Positions 51,254 through 60,935 of a stretch of DNA of 64,000 bases are shown in pieces. The position numbers were made by a program, and so were the translations under genes. Origin of the DNA: Promethearchaeota archaeon (GTDB lineage: Archaea > Asgardarchaeota > Lokiarchaeia > Sigyniarchaeales > SOKP01); assembly GCA_016840085.1 (NCBI GenBank), contig JAEOTA010000078.1, positions 1 through 64,000 of the forward strand, read 5' to 3'. Every line of letters begins with the position of its first letter. The stretch's first letter is position 1. Under the pieces are notes generated by a model that was given only the letters and a program-made list of their open reading frames with translations, made no database searches and had not been told where the DNA came from.

Positions 51254-51692
51254 AATAAATCGCGATTTAGTAATTACGAGGTTTAATAAATTAAATGAAT
51301 TATTAGATATCTTAAATGAGATCAAAAGCATCAAGAAAGAAGATTTTCTTTCTGATTATAAGAACTATTTTACGGCTCAGAGAACTTTAGAGATCTGTAT
51401 AAACATATGTATAGATATCGGAAACCACATTGTGACCCTCAATAATACAGAAAAACCTGAAACATTTAGTGATGTCATTAAAATATTAGCCAAACATAAT
51501 GTTATAAGTGAGGAGCTTTCAACTCAGCTAATTAAAATGGTAAAATTCCGCAATTTATTAGGACATTTTTATTTAGAAATTGATAATGAAATAATCTACA
51601 ATATTATTCAACATAAAATTACAGATTTTTATTCATTTAAAGGAGCGATATTAGCTAAATTTAAAGAGAATCTTATAGAAAATTCAGATTAA
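51249..51692 (+). CDS. hepT: HEPN/DUF86 RNase toxin (HepT); probable ATT start at 51249
   Basis: Frame extends to IKINRDLVITRF...AQRTLEICINICIDIGNHI; RNLLGHFY (RxxxxH-Y) motif; overlaps the MNT stop. Confidence 0.88.
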   Translation: MKINRDLVITRFNKLNELLDILNEIKSIKKEDFLSDYKNYFTAQRTLEICINICIDIGNHIVTLNNTEKPETFSDVIKILAKHNVISEELSTQLIKMVKFRNLLGHFYLEIDNEIIYNIIQHKITDFYSFKGAILAKFKENLIENSD

Positions 51693-51712
51693 ATTGATTT
51701 ACGACAAACAAT

Positions 51713-51754
51713 CTTCTTTTTTATACACATTTTTTTAATTGCGTATCATTCTCA
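51713..51754. repeat. 42-bp T-rich direct repeat, copy B2
   Basis: 36/42 nt identical to 49514-49555. Confidence 0.65.
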
Positions 51755-51799
51755 TTTAATATAAATGTTTAAATTTAGATATTTGGATCAAATTAAATT

Positions 51800-53323
51800 A
51801 TGAAAGCTATTATAATAGGATCAGGAATCGCAGGTTTAACTGCTGGTGCGTATCTTGTTCGTGAAAAATATGAAGTTATTATTTACGAACATTTCTCTGA
51901 AATAGGAGGAGTTACAGCAACAATACATCAAGATGGATATTCATGGGATATTGGTCCACTTTTACTTGAAGGATTTGCTCCTTATGAAAAGTTTGGTAAA
52001 ATGTTAACCGAGCTTGGAATTTATGAGAAAATTGAAATTATGAAAGAAGACCGTGGTCAATCATTTCCAGATTTTCAAATATGGAGACCACAGAAATATG
52101 AAGGGCCCTATTGGAGGCGAGACTATTTGAAAAAAATCTTTCCTGAAGAAAGTGAAGGATTGGATAGATATTATAAATTCTATGATTATATGATGTCAGT
52201 TGCTTATCTTGGAAACCAACTACCATTTGTCAAAGGAGTAAAAGCTATAGGGATTAAGCTGAAACTCTTATTTAAATTTCTAAAAATTAGAAAATTTAAA
52301 GATTGGAGTGCCTCCCAAATAACTGATTATTTCTTTAAAGACCAAAAATTAAAAGCTGTATATTTAGGAATTTTAGCGGATATGGTTGTAAAACCTAGCG
52401 AATTTTTTGGACTAGGAGTTCCATTTACTAATGTTGAAACTGCTTTTGACAAAAGAATTCCAATAAAATTTAAGGGGGGCAAATTACCAGTATATCATTA
52501 CATAAAGAATGGATGTGGAGAATTAGTTAAGGTATTAGCAGATTTTATTACCGAAAATGGAGGGAAGATTTACACTAATAATAAAGTACAAAAGATAATT
52601 ATTGAAAATAAGAAAGTAAAAGGTGTAGAACTTGAAAATGGAGTTATAGTGGACACTGATTTAATATTAGCCAGTGGAGGAATGTTCAATACATTTTATA
52701 ATTTAGTAGGAAAAGAATATTTATCTGATGATTTTATTAAAAACATTGAAAACAAGAAATTAATGGAATCTGTTTTTATGGTACATTTAGGGATTAATTT
52801 CGATCCCACACCTTCCCAAAGAGCAGCATTATGCTATTATTATCTCACCTATGATATTGAAGGAGCAATTATAAAAATGAGAGAAAGATATTATCATGAA
52901 GGCGCTGAAGGTTTTTTAGTATATATTCCATCAATGCATTCTCCTGATATGGCACCCCCAGGTAAACATGCGGTAACAATTTACACAGTTGGACCACATA
53001 AATTAAAAGAAGGAACATGGGAGGATCGAAGGGACGAATTTGCTGATAAGTTAATTATGGAAGCGGAAAAGATAATTCCAGGGTTATACGAAGGATCAGA
53101 AACTAAAATCATTATGACACCTGATGACTTCAAAAAACGTATTAATGTTATACGCCACAGTTTTGGAGGAACTGCACCTGTTTTAGGGGAAGATAATCCA
53201 CCCCATAAAACACCAATAGAAGGTTTATGGTACATAGGAGCATATAGTGAATCTGGTGGGGGAGTTACGGGCGCAGCAATGGGAGCAAGAGATGTAGTAA
53301 ATAGAATATTAAAAAAAGAGTAA
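51800..53323 (+). CDS. Phytoene desaturase-like FAD-dependent oxidoreductase
   Basis: IIGSGIAGL, WDIGP, APPGK, TPDD, TPIEGLWYIG. Confidence 0.88.
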   Translation: MKAIIIGSGIAGLTAGAYLVREKYEVIIYEHFSEIGGVTATIHQDGYSWDIGPLLLEGFAPYEKFGKMLTELGIYEKIEIMKEDRGQSFPDFQIWRPQKYEGPYWRRDYLKKIFPEESEGLDRYYKFYDYMMSVAYLGNQLPFVKGVKAIGIKLKLLFKFLKIRKFKDWSASQITDYFFKDQKLKAVYLGILADMVVKPSEFFGLGVPFTNVETAFDKRIPIKFKGGKLPVYHYIKNGCGELVKVLADFITENGGKIYTNNKVQKIIIENKKVKGVELENGVIVDTDLILASGGMFNTFYNLVGKEYLSDDFIKNIENKKLMESVFMVHLGINFDPTPSQRAALCYYYLTYDIEGAIIKMRERYYHEGAEGFLVYIPSMHSPDMAPPGKHAVTIYTVGPHKLKEGTWEDRRDEFADKLIMEAEKIIPGLYEGSETKIIMTPDDFKKRINVIRHSFGGTAPVLGEDNPPHKTPIEGLWYIGAYSESGGGVTGAAMGARDVVNRILKKE

Positions 53324-53358
53324 TATTATATTTAAACAGTAGGAATTTAGATTGAGAA

Positions 53359-54762
53359 TTACTGTTTAAATGCTTCAACTTTTTTTTCATGTATCTTTAT
53401 TAAATTTAGACGCATTTCTTCTAAGTTTTTACCATATAATGGGAAAAATTTGAAACTAATCAAGCCGATAAGACTCATTATCGATTGAACAATGAAAAAT
53501 AAGAATTTAATACCAGTTATTGCCATTTCTGTTTGATAAGGAGCATTTCGGACAAACCCAAATAATAATAATGTAGATGTGCCAATTATTGGCCCAAGGC
53601 TTTCTGCTATTTTAATAAAAAATGCATTAGTACCCAAAATCATACCTTCCCTGCGCTTACCATGATTAACTTCGTCATTATCAGTAACTAACATCATTAT
53701 AGGATAATCAAAAAGAATATAACCGTTCAATACTGTACCTATTACAAGAAAAACCCATATCAAAAAGTCTAATCCTGGCAGAAGCAATATCAGAAATGCA
53801 ATTATATTTAATGAAATTTGAATAACACGCCCCCTAATTACTAATTTCTTCATATCATACTTCTGAGATAATTTCTTGTAAATAGCAAATCCAACTAAGG
53901 CTATAAATGTAGTAATGATATAATATAGAAACGAGAGTGTTAAAATATCAACTTCGAATATATAGAAATACGCAAAAACGAAACCTAATGTTAGTGAAAG
54001 ATTTAAGTGGTTAAAGCATCTAAAGAGAGTCATAGTAATGAAAGATTTTGATTTTACAACTTCTTTTAAAGCTTTCCCTAACGGAAGAACCTCTTGATCT
54101 ACATATAATTCAGGTCGTTCTCTAAGGTTTGTCCCAACAAGAAAATAACAAACCCCGCAAATTACAGCGCATACTCCCGCGAATATTTGAAAATAAATCA
54201 ATCCTAAATCATAAATTAAAAAAGCTAAAAGAACAGGAAATGCCCCTATTACTAAAAATATTTGATTAAATAATGCTAATTTATTTCTTTCTTCTAAGTT
54301 TTCTGTCAATTCTGGCAATAATGCCAACCATACTAACCATACAAGCGTGAGAAGCATATCAAAAGCACAAATACTTAATACAAAATGGATAAAAATTAAA
54401 ATTTGATTTGTATAAGTCCAAGGAAACCACATCATAAAAAATACAATTACCCATAGGATTCCTCCCCATTTGATATATATTAACCTTCTGCTGCCCCATC
54501 GTTCAAAGTTTGTCTTATCACTTAATCTGCCGAAATAAAAGTCGTTGAGTGAATTAATAATAGCATAAATAATTAGACCAAGAGAGAAGAAAATTTGGAG
54601 AAGGCCTAAATCATCCCAGAAAAAGTTTATATAAGTTAATCCAAAGATCCCTGATAAGATAGTATTCGGGAGATTTGCTAAAGAATAATATAATCGTTCT
54701 TTTTTTGTTAAATTAAAAGTATCTCCATCCCTAGAAATAATTGTATACTTAGAATCTTCCAT
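53359..54762 (-). CDS. GPH/MelB-like MFS transporter
   Basis: NSLNDFYFGRLSD, WGSRR, LPELT..LEER, RREG. Confidence 0.88.
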   Translation of the reverse strand: MEDSKYTIISRDGDTFNLTKKERLYYSLANLPNTILSGIFGLTYINFFWDDLGLLQIFFSLGLIIYAIINSLNDFYFGRLSDKTNFERWGSRRLIYIKWGGILWVIVFFMMWFPWTYTNQILIFIHFVLSICAFDMLLTLVWLVWLALLPELTENLEERNKLALFNQIFLVIGAFPVLLAFLIYDLGLIYFQIFAGVCAVICGVCYFLVGTNLRERPELYVDQEVLPLGKALKEVVKSKSFITMTLFRCFNHLNLSLTLGFVFAYFYIFEVDILTLSFLYYIITTFIALVGFAIYKKLSQKYDMKKLVIRGRVIQISLNIIAFLILLLPGLDFLIWVFLVIGTVLNGYILFDYPIMMLVTDNDEVNHGKRREGMILGTNAFFIKIAESLGPIIGTSTLLLFGFVRNAPYQTEMAITGIKFLFFIVQSIMSLIGLISFKFFPLYGKNLEEMRLNLIKIHEKKVEAFKQ

Positions 54763-54949
54763 ATTGTTTTCAAACTAGATTGAAAGTATTATTACAAATT
54801 TTTTATTACTTTTAAACGTTAATGCTCAAAAGCGATAATAATGTGTGTTTTTATTGAAAGAGATTATTTTAAAGGATGTGTTTGATCCAAATTATAAAAG
54901 AAAAGATCTAAAAAAAAGGAGTTAAAAAGAAAAAAATGCAATTTTTCAT

Positions 54950-55315
54950 TTATTTTATTCTTTTGATGATAAGAAGACCTATAGCTAAGATACAGCCAAT
55001 TATACTCCAGATTATAGCAACCCACAGCCAGACTAATATATTACCCGGGAAGAAAGGATAAAATATCCAAAGAAGTACTAAGATAACTGCCCAAAAAACT
55101 CCAATTATTTTTACATTTTTTTTACTCTCACTCATGAAAAATATTGAACCAATTACTCCACCAATTATGCTCCAGATTATCGCCAACCACATCCAAAAAA
55201 ATATATCACCGGGATAGAAAGGATAGGAAATCCACAAAAATACTAAAATGACTACCCAAATAATTCCAAATATTTTTTTTGTTTTTTCTATATCTGCCAT
55301 TTTATCTAGCACCAA
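54950..55315 (-). CDS. Four-TM membrane protein built from an internal duplication
   Basis: Two copies of W..IL..LWI.YPF.PG.I..W.W.AIIWSIIG. Confidence 0.75.
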   Translation of the reverse strand: MVLDKMADIEKTKKIFGIIWVVILVFLWISYPFYPGDIFFWMWLAIIWSIIGGVIGSIFFMSESKKNVKIIGVFWAVILVLLWIFYPFFPGNILVWLWVAIIWSIIGCILAIGLLIIKRIK

Positions 55316-55377
55316 ATTATTATTATTATATTAAATTTCTAAATATTTAAAATTGATATTTTTAAGTTGATTAATTA

Positions 55378-56151
55378 TTAAAGTATTCTATCATCCAAAA
55401 TTACTTCTACTAATTTATGGACTGATAATAAACTAAGTGAATTTTCAGGGATATCGATTAGAGGTAAACCTTTTGAATCAAATTCAACAATATTATCATC
55501 CTCTGGAATTCTTGCTAGGAGGGGTAAATTAAGTTCTTCAAGTTTTTTAATTATAGAATCAACATTTCCTTTAACTTTATTTAGGATAACTCCTAATTTT
55601 TTATAGTTAGTAAACTTCTTAGCACTTTTACGTATGCTATTCGCAGTCTCTATACTTCTAATTGAAATATCTGAAACAATTAATAGAATATCGACTGATT
55701 TTATAACCATTCGGTTGATTTGTTCCAGACCAGCCTCACAATCTATTAAAATTAAATCAAAATCTTTAGAGATTGACTCAATTACCTTTCGTAAAAGAGC
55801 ATTTGAGGGACAAAAGCAACCAGGCCCTTCTGGCTGCCCAATAGAAAACAGACTAAAATCTTTACTTTCAGCAAGGGCATTATAAACTTCAAAATCAATG
55901 TTTCTTGCTAAATCTTGAACAGATTTTTTCTTTGTCAAGGTTTTATCTATAACTTCGGTTCTAATATTTTCAAGACTTCTTGTTGGAATAAGATTAACCA
56001 TATAACTCAAGTGTGGATGCGTAGGATCAGCATCAATTAAAAGCATTTTATAATTATATTTTCCCATAATGCTTTTTGCTAGTAGGGTTGTAATAACCGT
56101 TTTGCCAGATCCTCCTTTTCCAACAACTGCAATAACAATTCTATTTTCCAA
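55378..56151 (-). CDS. cooC: CooC/AcsF-type nickel-insertion ATPase
   Basis: GKGGSGKT, IDADP, GPGCFCP (CxC), DCEAGLE. Confidence 0.9.
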   Translation of the reverse strand: MENRIVIAVVGKGGSGKTVITTLLAKSIMGKYNYKMLLIDADPTHPHLSYMVNLIPTRSLENIRTEVIDKTLTKKKSVQDLARNIDFEVYNALAESKDFSLFSIGQPEGPGCFCPSNALLRKVIESISKDFDLILIDCEAGLEQINRMVIKSVDILLIVSDISIRSIETANSIRKSAKKFTNYKKLGVILNKVKGNVDSIIKKLEELNLPLLARIPEDDNIVEFDSKGLPLIDIPENSLSLLSVHKLVEVILDDRIL

Positions 56152-56932
56152 TTTTTTCTCTCTCTACTAAAACTTGTTTAATATCATAACATTCTTCTTG
56201 ATAAGGACATATTTCACATCCCCAATCATAGTCACAATCGATTCTTTTTTTCCAATCTTCGATTTTTTTTAACCATTTTTCATTTATTGATGTAGTAATT
56301 TCAGATGTAATTTTGATAGACTCATCTATTAACTCTGGATAAGAATTGATAAAAAAAATCTCCATTAATTCAATTAAACTCTTAAATTTCTCCTTGTATA
56401 AATGAAAAACAGCATTTCCTAAAAATTCAAAAGTAAAATTCTTGATAACATGCTCACTTATTCTACACCAAAATTTTCTGGGAATGGTTCTTATCATAAA
56501 ACCATCTATTCCATTAGAAATGAAATTAAATTGCTTGAGGGAATCCCAGTTATTTTCATTGATATTCTCACCACCTATAAGAATTATCATCCCAAAATCG
56601 ATTGTGCGATCAGAAATATCTTTAATTTCAGGCCCGATTAATGTTATCCTATCTTTTTTTATATATTTACTAAAATCAGAATTAGAGAAGGGATAAACTA
56701 AAGAAAAAGATTTCTTTTTAAAGCCACCTAGTTCAAGCTTAGTTTCCTCTTGAAGTATTATATCTTTATAGTTATCTAGTCTAACTTGAATATGTAATTC
56801 TTCAAAATAATCTAATGGGCTGGATTTTCTTTCATAAATAAATAAAGATTTTCCTTTTTTAGACTCTGAGGTAATTAATTTCCTTAAATTATTAAGAACT
56901 TCCTTAAATACTTCAATTCTCATATAAGTCAT
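56141..56932 (-). CDS. Truncated acetyl-CoA synthase beta (CdhC)-like domain protein with C-terminal Cys cluster
   Basis: ELGG..SFSL, ITLIGPEI, FGMIILIGG, GFMIR....WCRIS, FEFLGN; tail CDYDWGCEICPYQEEC; no A-cluster domain. Confidence 0.7.
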   Translation of the reverse strand: MTYMRIEVFKEVLNNLRKLITSESKKGKSLFIYERKSSPLDYFEELHIQVRLDNYKDIILQEETKLELGGFKKKSFSLVYPFSNSDFSKYIKKDRITLIGPEIKDISDRTIDFGMIILIGGENINENNWDSLKQFNFISNGIDGFMIRTIPRKFWCRISEHVIKNFTFEFLGNAVFHLYKEKFKSLIELMEIFFINSYPELIDESIKITSEITTSINEKWLKKIEDWKKRIDCDYDWGCEICPYQEECYDIKQVLVEREKIGK

Positions 56933-56976
56933 ATTTCTTACTGTAAAAACTATAATTAGAAAAGATAAAATATAAT

Positions 56977-58227
56977 TTACTTTTTTATTACTTTATTTAC
57001 TAACTCGGAAAGATCGAATGTTTGGATCTCATTGTTATCAATATTAGTTTTGAATTGATTTAAACAGAAGGGACAACACGATACGATCGCACTTGTTTCT
57101 GTTTCCTTTGCTTCTTTAATTCTTTCATTTGCCGCAAAACCAGATAAGTCCTTGAATGCTGATCTCACACCGCCACCTGAACCACAGCACCACGCATTAT
57201 GTCTATTTCTTGGCATTTCTATTAATTCGATTCCAGGTATTTTTTGTAATACTTCTCTTGGTTGTTCGTAAATTCCCATATGACGCCCTATATGACAAGG
57301 ATCATGATAGGTTATTTTCATATTAATTCCATTAGTAAACTCGATTTCTCCATCATTTATTTTTTGTAGTAAAAATTCAGGTAAGTGAAGAACTTCGATT
57401 CCATGATCAATTCCAAACTTTTTAGGGTATGTCTCTTTTAGGGTTCGGTAACACCCAGCACATGAAGTGATAATTTTTTCAATTCCTTCATTTTTAAAGA
57501 TCTCTACATTAGTTTCGGCAATTTTTTTTGCCTTTTCTGTTTGCCCTGTCATATATACTGGAGATCCACAACAACGTTCATCATTAAGTATTTTAAAATC
57601 AACTTGAAGTGAATTCAATATTTCAGATGTAGCTTTAGCTATATTTTGCTCTCTATAACTGGTTGTGCAACCAACAAAATAAGCTAATTTTGCATTTTGA
57701 GTTTGTTTAATATCTGATGTTATCCAGTTTGTGCGCTCATTATGTTTTTCCATATAAGGATTATATTCTAATGCAACATGCTCAGAATATCTCTTTTGTT
57801 CTGGCATAGGTCCAAAACCTTTTTGAACAGCTTGTTCTCTCATTGCCATCAACCATTCTCCAGCAAAATAGTGAATTTCAGGGATCTGACATTGTTGAAT
57901 ACATGCTAAGCATACCGAACATTGATAAAATATATTTGCTAAGTTTTCAGTCCATTTAAGGCGATCAGACATAATAGCCCATGTAAGGAGATTCTTACCC
58001 CCAAGATAATACGCTTCAAAATTTCCAAAATCTCCTGAAGGACATATACGAGGCCAACCATTTTCATGATACGCGGTTCTACATGTGCCACATTTCCCAC
58101 ATTGGTATAACAATTCCTGATAATATTCTAAATCTTTATTCCTATCGAGTATTTGCTGATCGGGGATATGTGTTAATTTAGATATTCCTTTATCCTTTAG
58201 ATAGATATTACTTTTTTCCTCTGACAT
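56977..58227 (-). CDS. HdrD/GlcF-like Fe-S protein with two CCG domains
   Basis: CGKCGTC...CP, CSVCLAC...C, RCCG, YHDPCH, CCGSGGG, CPFC. Confidence 0.92.
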   Translation of the reverse strand: MSEEKSNIYLKDKGISKLTHIPDQQILDRNKDLEYYQELLYQCGKCGTCRTAYHENGWPRICPSGDFGNFEAYYLGGKNLLTWAIMSDRLKWTENLANIFYQCSVCLACIQQCQIPEIHYFAGEWLMAMREQAVQKGFGPMPEQKRYSEHVALEYNPYMEKHNERTNWITSDIKQTQNAKLAYFVGCTTSYREQNIAKATSEILNSLQVDFKILNDERCCGSPVYMTGQTEKAKKIAETNVEIFKNEGIEKIITSCAGCYRTLKETYPKKFGIDHGIEVLHLPEFLLQKINDGEIEFTNGINMKITYHDPCHIGRHMGIYEQPREVLQKIPGIELIEMPRNRHNAWCCGSGGGVRSAFKDLSGFAANERIKEAKETETSAIVSCCPFCLNQFKTNIDNNEIQTFDLSELVNKVIKK

Positions 58228-58228
58228 A

Positions 58229-59704
58229 TTAATCCCCCTCAATTCCTTGTCCTGGATTCATTATATTATTAGGATCCAGTAGTTTTTTTATTTTTTTAAT
58301 TAAATCCGTTGTAGCTGGTAAGGTTTTGCTTTTATGATGTTCCACGACCCACATAGGTGGTTTATACATTATAACACCATCCAATTCATGAACATCATCA
58401 AAAATTTCTTTCAAAATTATTCTTGCTTTTTCTATATCTTCTGGATCGTTTTTATTAAAGCATAAATTTGCCCGAGCAACGCAATAATGACCGCCAAACA
58501 TAATTCTACTATAAAATTGAGGTGGTTTATTATATTTAAGAGTTATTTCTCTTGCAATATTATAATACCTTGCGATATCACTTGTTGAGCAATAGGAACC
58601 TATCCATTCACCACCACCACCACGAGAAAAGTTCCAACAACCCCATGCTTGAACAGGTGTGTATCCTCCATAACCAGGAAAGATATCTAAGAAAACGCCT
58701 CTCATATCACTTGGGAAAGAATCTAAAAAATCCTTTGCAGTAGTGGGTTCAATACCAAATTCATTACATATAGTCTTTATTGCATTGCATTGTGCTTTAT
58801 GTTGGTCTTCAGTATAAGCTTGAGTTGTTACTACACCTACAAAATCCGGTAAGCCAAGTTCCACTGGATCCTTTGCAACATTTTTCTCATCAAACCCTTG
58901 AATTGCCTGACACCACCCCATGTTTACAAATACGATATCGACGATCCCTAATCCTGCTTTCGAAAGTTTTAGCAACACAGGAACTCCTTGATCAACAGTT
59001 TGAGCCAAAATTGCAAAATCTTCTCTATATGGTAATTTTGGCCATAATTTTACGGCTGCTTTAGTTACAATTCCAGTGGTACCCTCCCATCCAATAAACA
59101 AGCCTGCTAGATCTGGTAATGGTTGTCGACCATACCATTTATTTGAAATGCTACAAGATCCTACTCTAACTAATTCTCCAGAACCTAACACAGCTTCTAA
59201 ACCATTGAGAAATTCTGCTCCGGTACCCCCTATCATCCCAAGATCAAACATTCCATAACATAAACATGAAGGAACTACACCAGTGCCTGGAGGTGAAAAA
59301 GTTATTCCTGCTCTAAAATTAGGATGATGTTTATCAAGATATCCTTTTAAATCTGCCCATGTTGTTCCTCCTTCGATTACAGCATACATATCATCTTCAT
59401 TTACTTCAAGCACGCGATTCATACGTCGTAAATCTATAACAATCCCTCCTTTTCTAGGTGTAGCAATTGAACCAAAGTTTATTCCTGAAACCCACGGAAC
59501 AACAGGAATTTTATATTTATTTGCTATTTTTATAATTTCTTGAACTTCTTCAGCTTTTTCTGGCATAATGGCAATATCACATTGTCCTTCCGGCTCTGCT
59601 GTTATAAAATCATAATGATATAAAAATTGTATTTCTGGTTCATCAGATACATTTCGATCTCCAACAACTTTTCCTAGTTCGGACACAACTTTATTATTAT
59701 TCAT
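58229..59704 (-). CDS. FAD-linked oxidoreductase (GlcD/VAO family)
   Basis: P...EEVQEI, DLRRMNRV, GWEGTTGIVT, DPNNIMNPG. Confidence 0.92.
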   Translation of the reverse strand: MNNNKVVSELGKVVGDRNVSDEPEIQFLYHYDFITAEPEGQCDIAIMPEKAEEVQEIIKIANKYKIPVVPWVSGINFGSIATPRKGGIVIDLRRMNRVLEVNEDDMYAVIEGGTTWADLKGYLDKHHPNFRAGITFSPPGTGVVPSCLCYGMFDLGMIGGTGAEFLNGLEAVLGSGELVRVGSCSISNKWYGRQPLPDLAGLFIGWEGTTGIVTKAAVKLWPKLPYREDFAILAQTVDQGVPVLLKLSKAGLGIVDIVFVNMGWCQAIQGFDEKNVAKDPVELGLPDFVGVVTTQAYTEDQHKAQCNAIKTICNEFGIEPTTAKDFLDSFPSDMRGVFLDIFPGYGGYTPVQAWGCWNFSRGGGGEWIGSYCSTSDIARYYNIAREITLKYNKPPQFYSRIMFGGHYCVARANLCFNKNDPEDIEKARIILKEIFDDVHELDGVIMYKPPMWVVEHHKSKTLPATTDLIKKIKKLLDPNNIMNPGQGIEGD

Positions 59705-59850
59705 TATATTATCACATACTCAAATATGATATTTTGAATTCTTAATATTAAGTTTATTAGATGATTGAAATTAAATAACTTTCATCTTTTAGCCTTTATA
59801 AAAAAAAATAAAAACTCTGTAGATTTATTCAAATAAAGGTGATATAGTAA

Positions 59851-60882
59851 ATGATAGAAACTAATATAACAAAGATCTTTGGATTAAAACATCCTATTTT
59901 TAGTGCTCCTATGGGACCTTTTTTCACACGCGAATTGGCTCTTGCCGTTAGCGAAGCTGGTGGCTTGGGTGTGTTATCAAATGTAAATATAATTGGGACG
60001 GATCCTGTCGAAGAACACAAAGCAAGCTTAGAATATATGGTTGAACATACTGATAAACCATTCGGACTCAATATCCTTACATCCCGTAATAATCGAGGGG
60101 TAAGACAAATGGTTAGACAATTGCCCAAAATAGTCTTGAATAATCCAAAAATGAGGGATCAATGTAAATATTGGCTAACTTCTGCTGGATCTTCAAAAAT
60201 ACTTCCAGAATCTAAATCCTTCCAAGAATTACGCGAAAATTCAGAAGTAAAACACTTTCATGTGGCACCAGCCGTTTGGTTAGCCCAAAAATGCATAGAT
60301 GCTAAAGTAGACGGATTAGTCTGTACTGGTACTGAAGGAGGAGGTCATCAATCTTATGAAAAGGTTTCAACGCTTGTATTACTTCAACAACTTAATAAAA
60401 CATTTCCTGACTTACCCAAGATAGCATGTGGAGGCTTTGCTACGGGTGAGGGTTTAGTAGCAGCTTTATCGTTAGGAGCGGGAGCAATAGCCATGGGTTC
60501 GCGATTTATTGCCTCCAAGCAAAGTGAATTTCATGACAAATATAAATCGTTAGTACCTCCAGGTAAACCACAGGATACGAGCCTTTACACGGGAGCATTT
60601 GGTCCTATTCGTTTATACAAAAATAAGTATGCTTTATCACATCCGGCACCCAGTAGTAAAGAGGAGATGATAACTTATGAACAATCTATTACTCCCGAGC
60701 AAAGGGTACATGACTTAGGAGCTTACGATAGGGTATATGAAGGTGATATCGAGACTGGAGCTGTATTGCTTGGTCAATCAATTGGTATTATTGACAGTAT
60801 TGATGATGTCAATGATATTATTGAAACAATAATAAAACAAGCAGAAATCATAATCAAAAAGAATTATACTATGATAAAATAA
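59851..60882 (+). CDS. Nitronate monooxygenase / FabK / IpdC-like FMN enzyme
   Basis: SAPMG, SEAGGLG, GTEGGGH, ACGG, MGSRF, GQSIG. Confidence 0.9.
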   Translation: MIETNITKIFGLKHPIFSAPMGPFFTRELALAVSEAGGLGVLSNVNIIGTDPVEEHKASLEYMVEHTDKPFGLNILTSRNNRGVRQMVRQLPKIVLNNPKMRDQCKYWLTSAGSSKILPESKSFQELRENSEVKHFHVAPAVWLAQKCIDAKVDGLVCTGTEGGGHQSYEKVSTLVLLQQLNKTFPDLPKIACGGFATGEGLVAALSLGAGAIAMGSRFIASKQSEFHDKYKSLVPPGKPQDTSLYTGAFGPIRLYKNKYALSHPAPSSKEEMITYEQSITPEQRVHDLGAYDRVYEGDIETGAVLLGQSIGIIDSIDDVNDIIETIIKQAEIIIKKNYTMIK

Positions 60883-60935
60883 GAAATAAATTACACTTTT
60901 AATTAACTATTTATTTTTTTACTCTCTTCTATATT

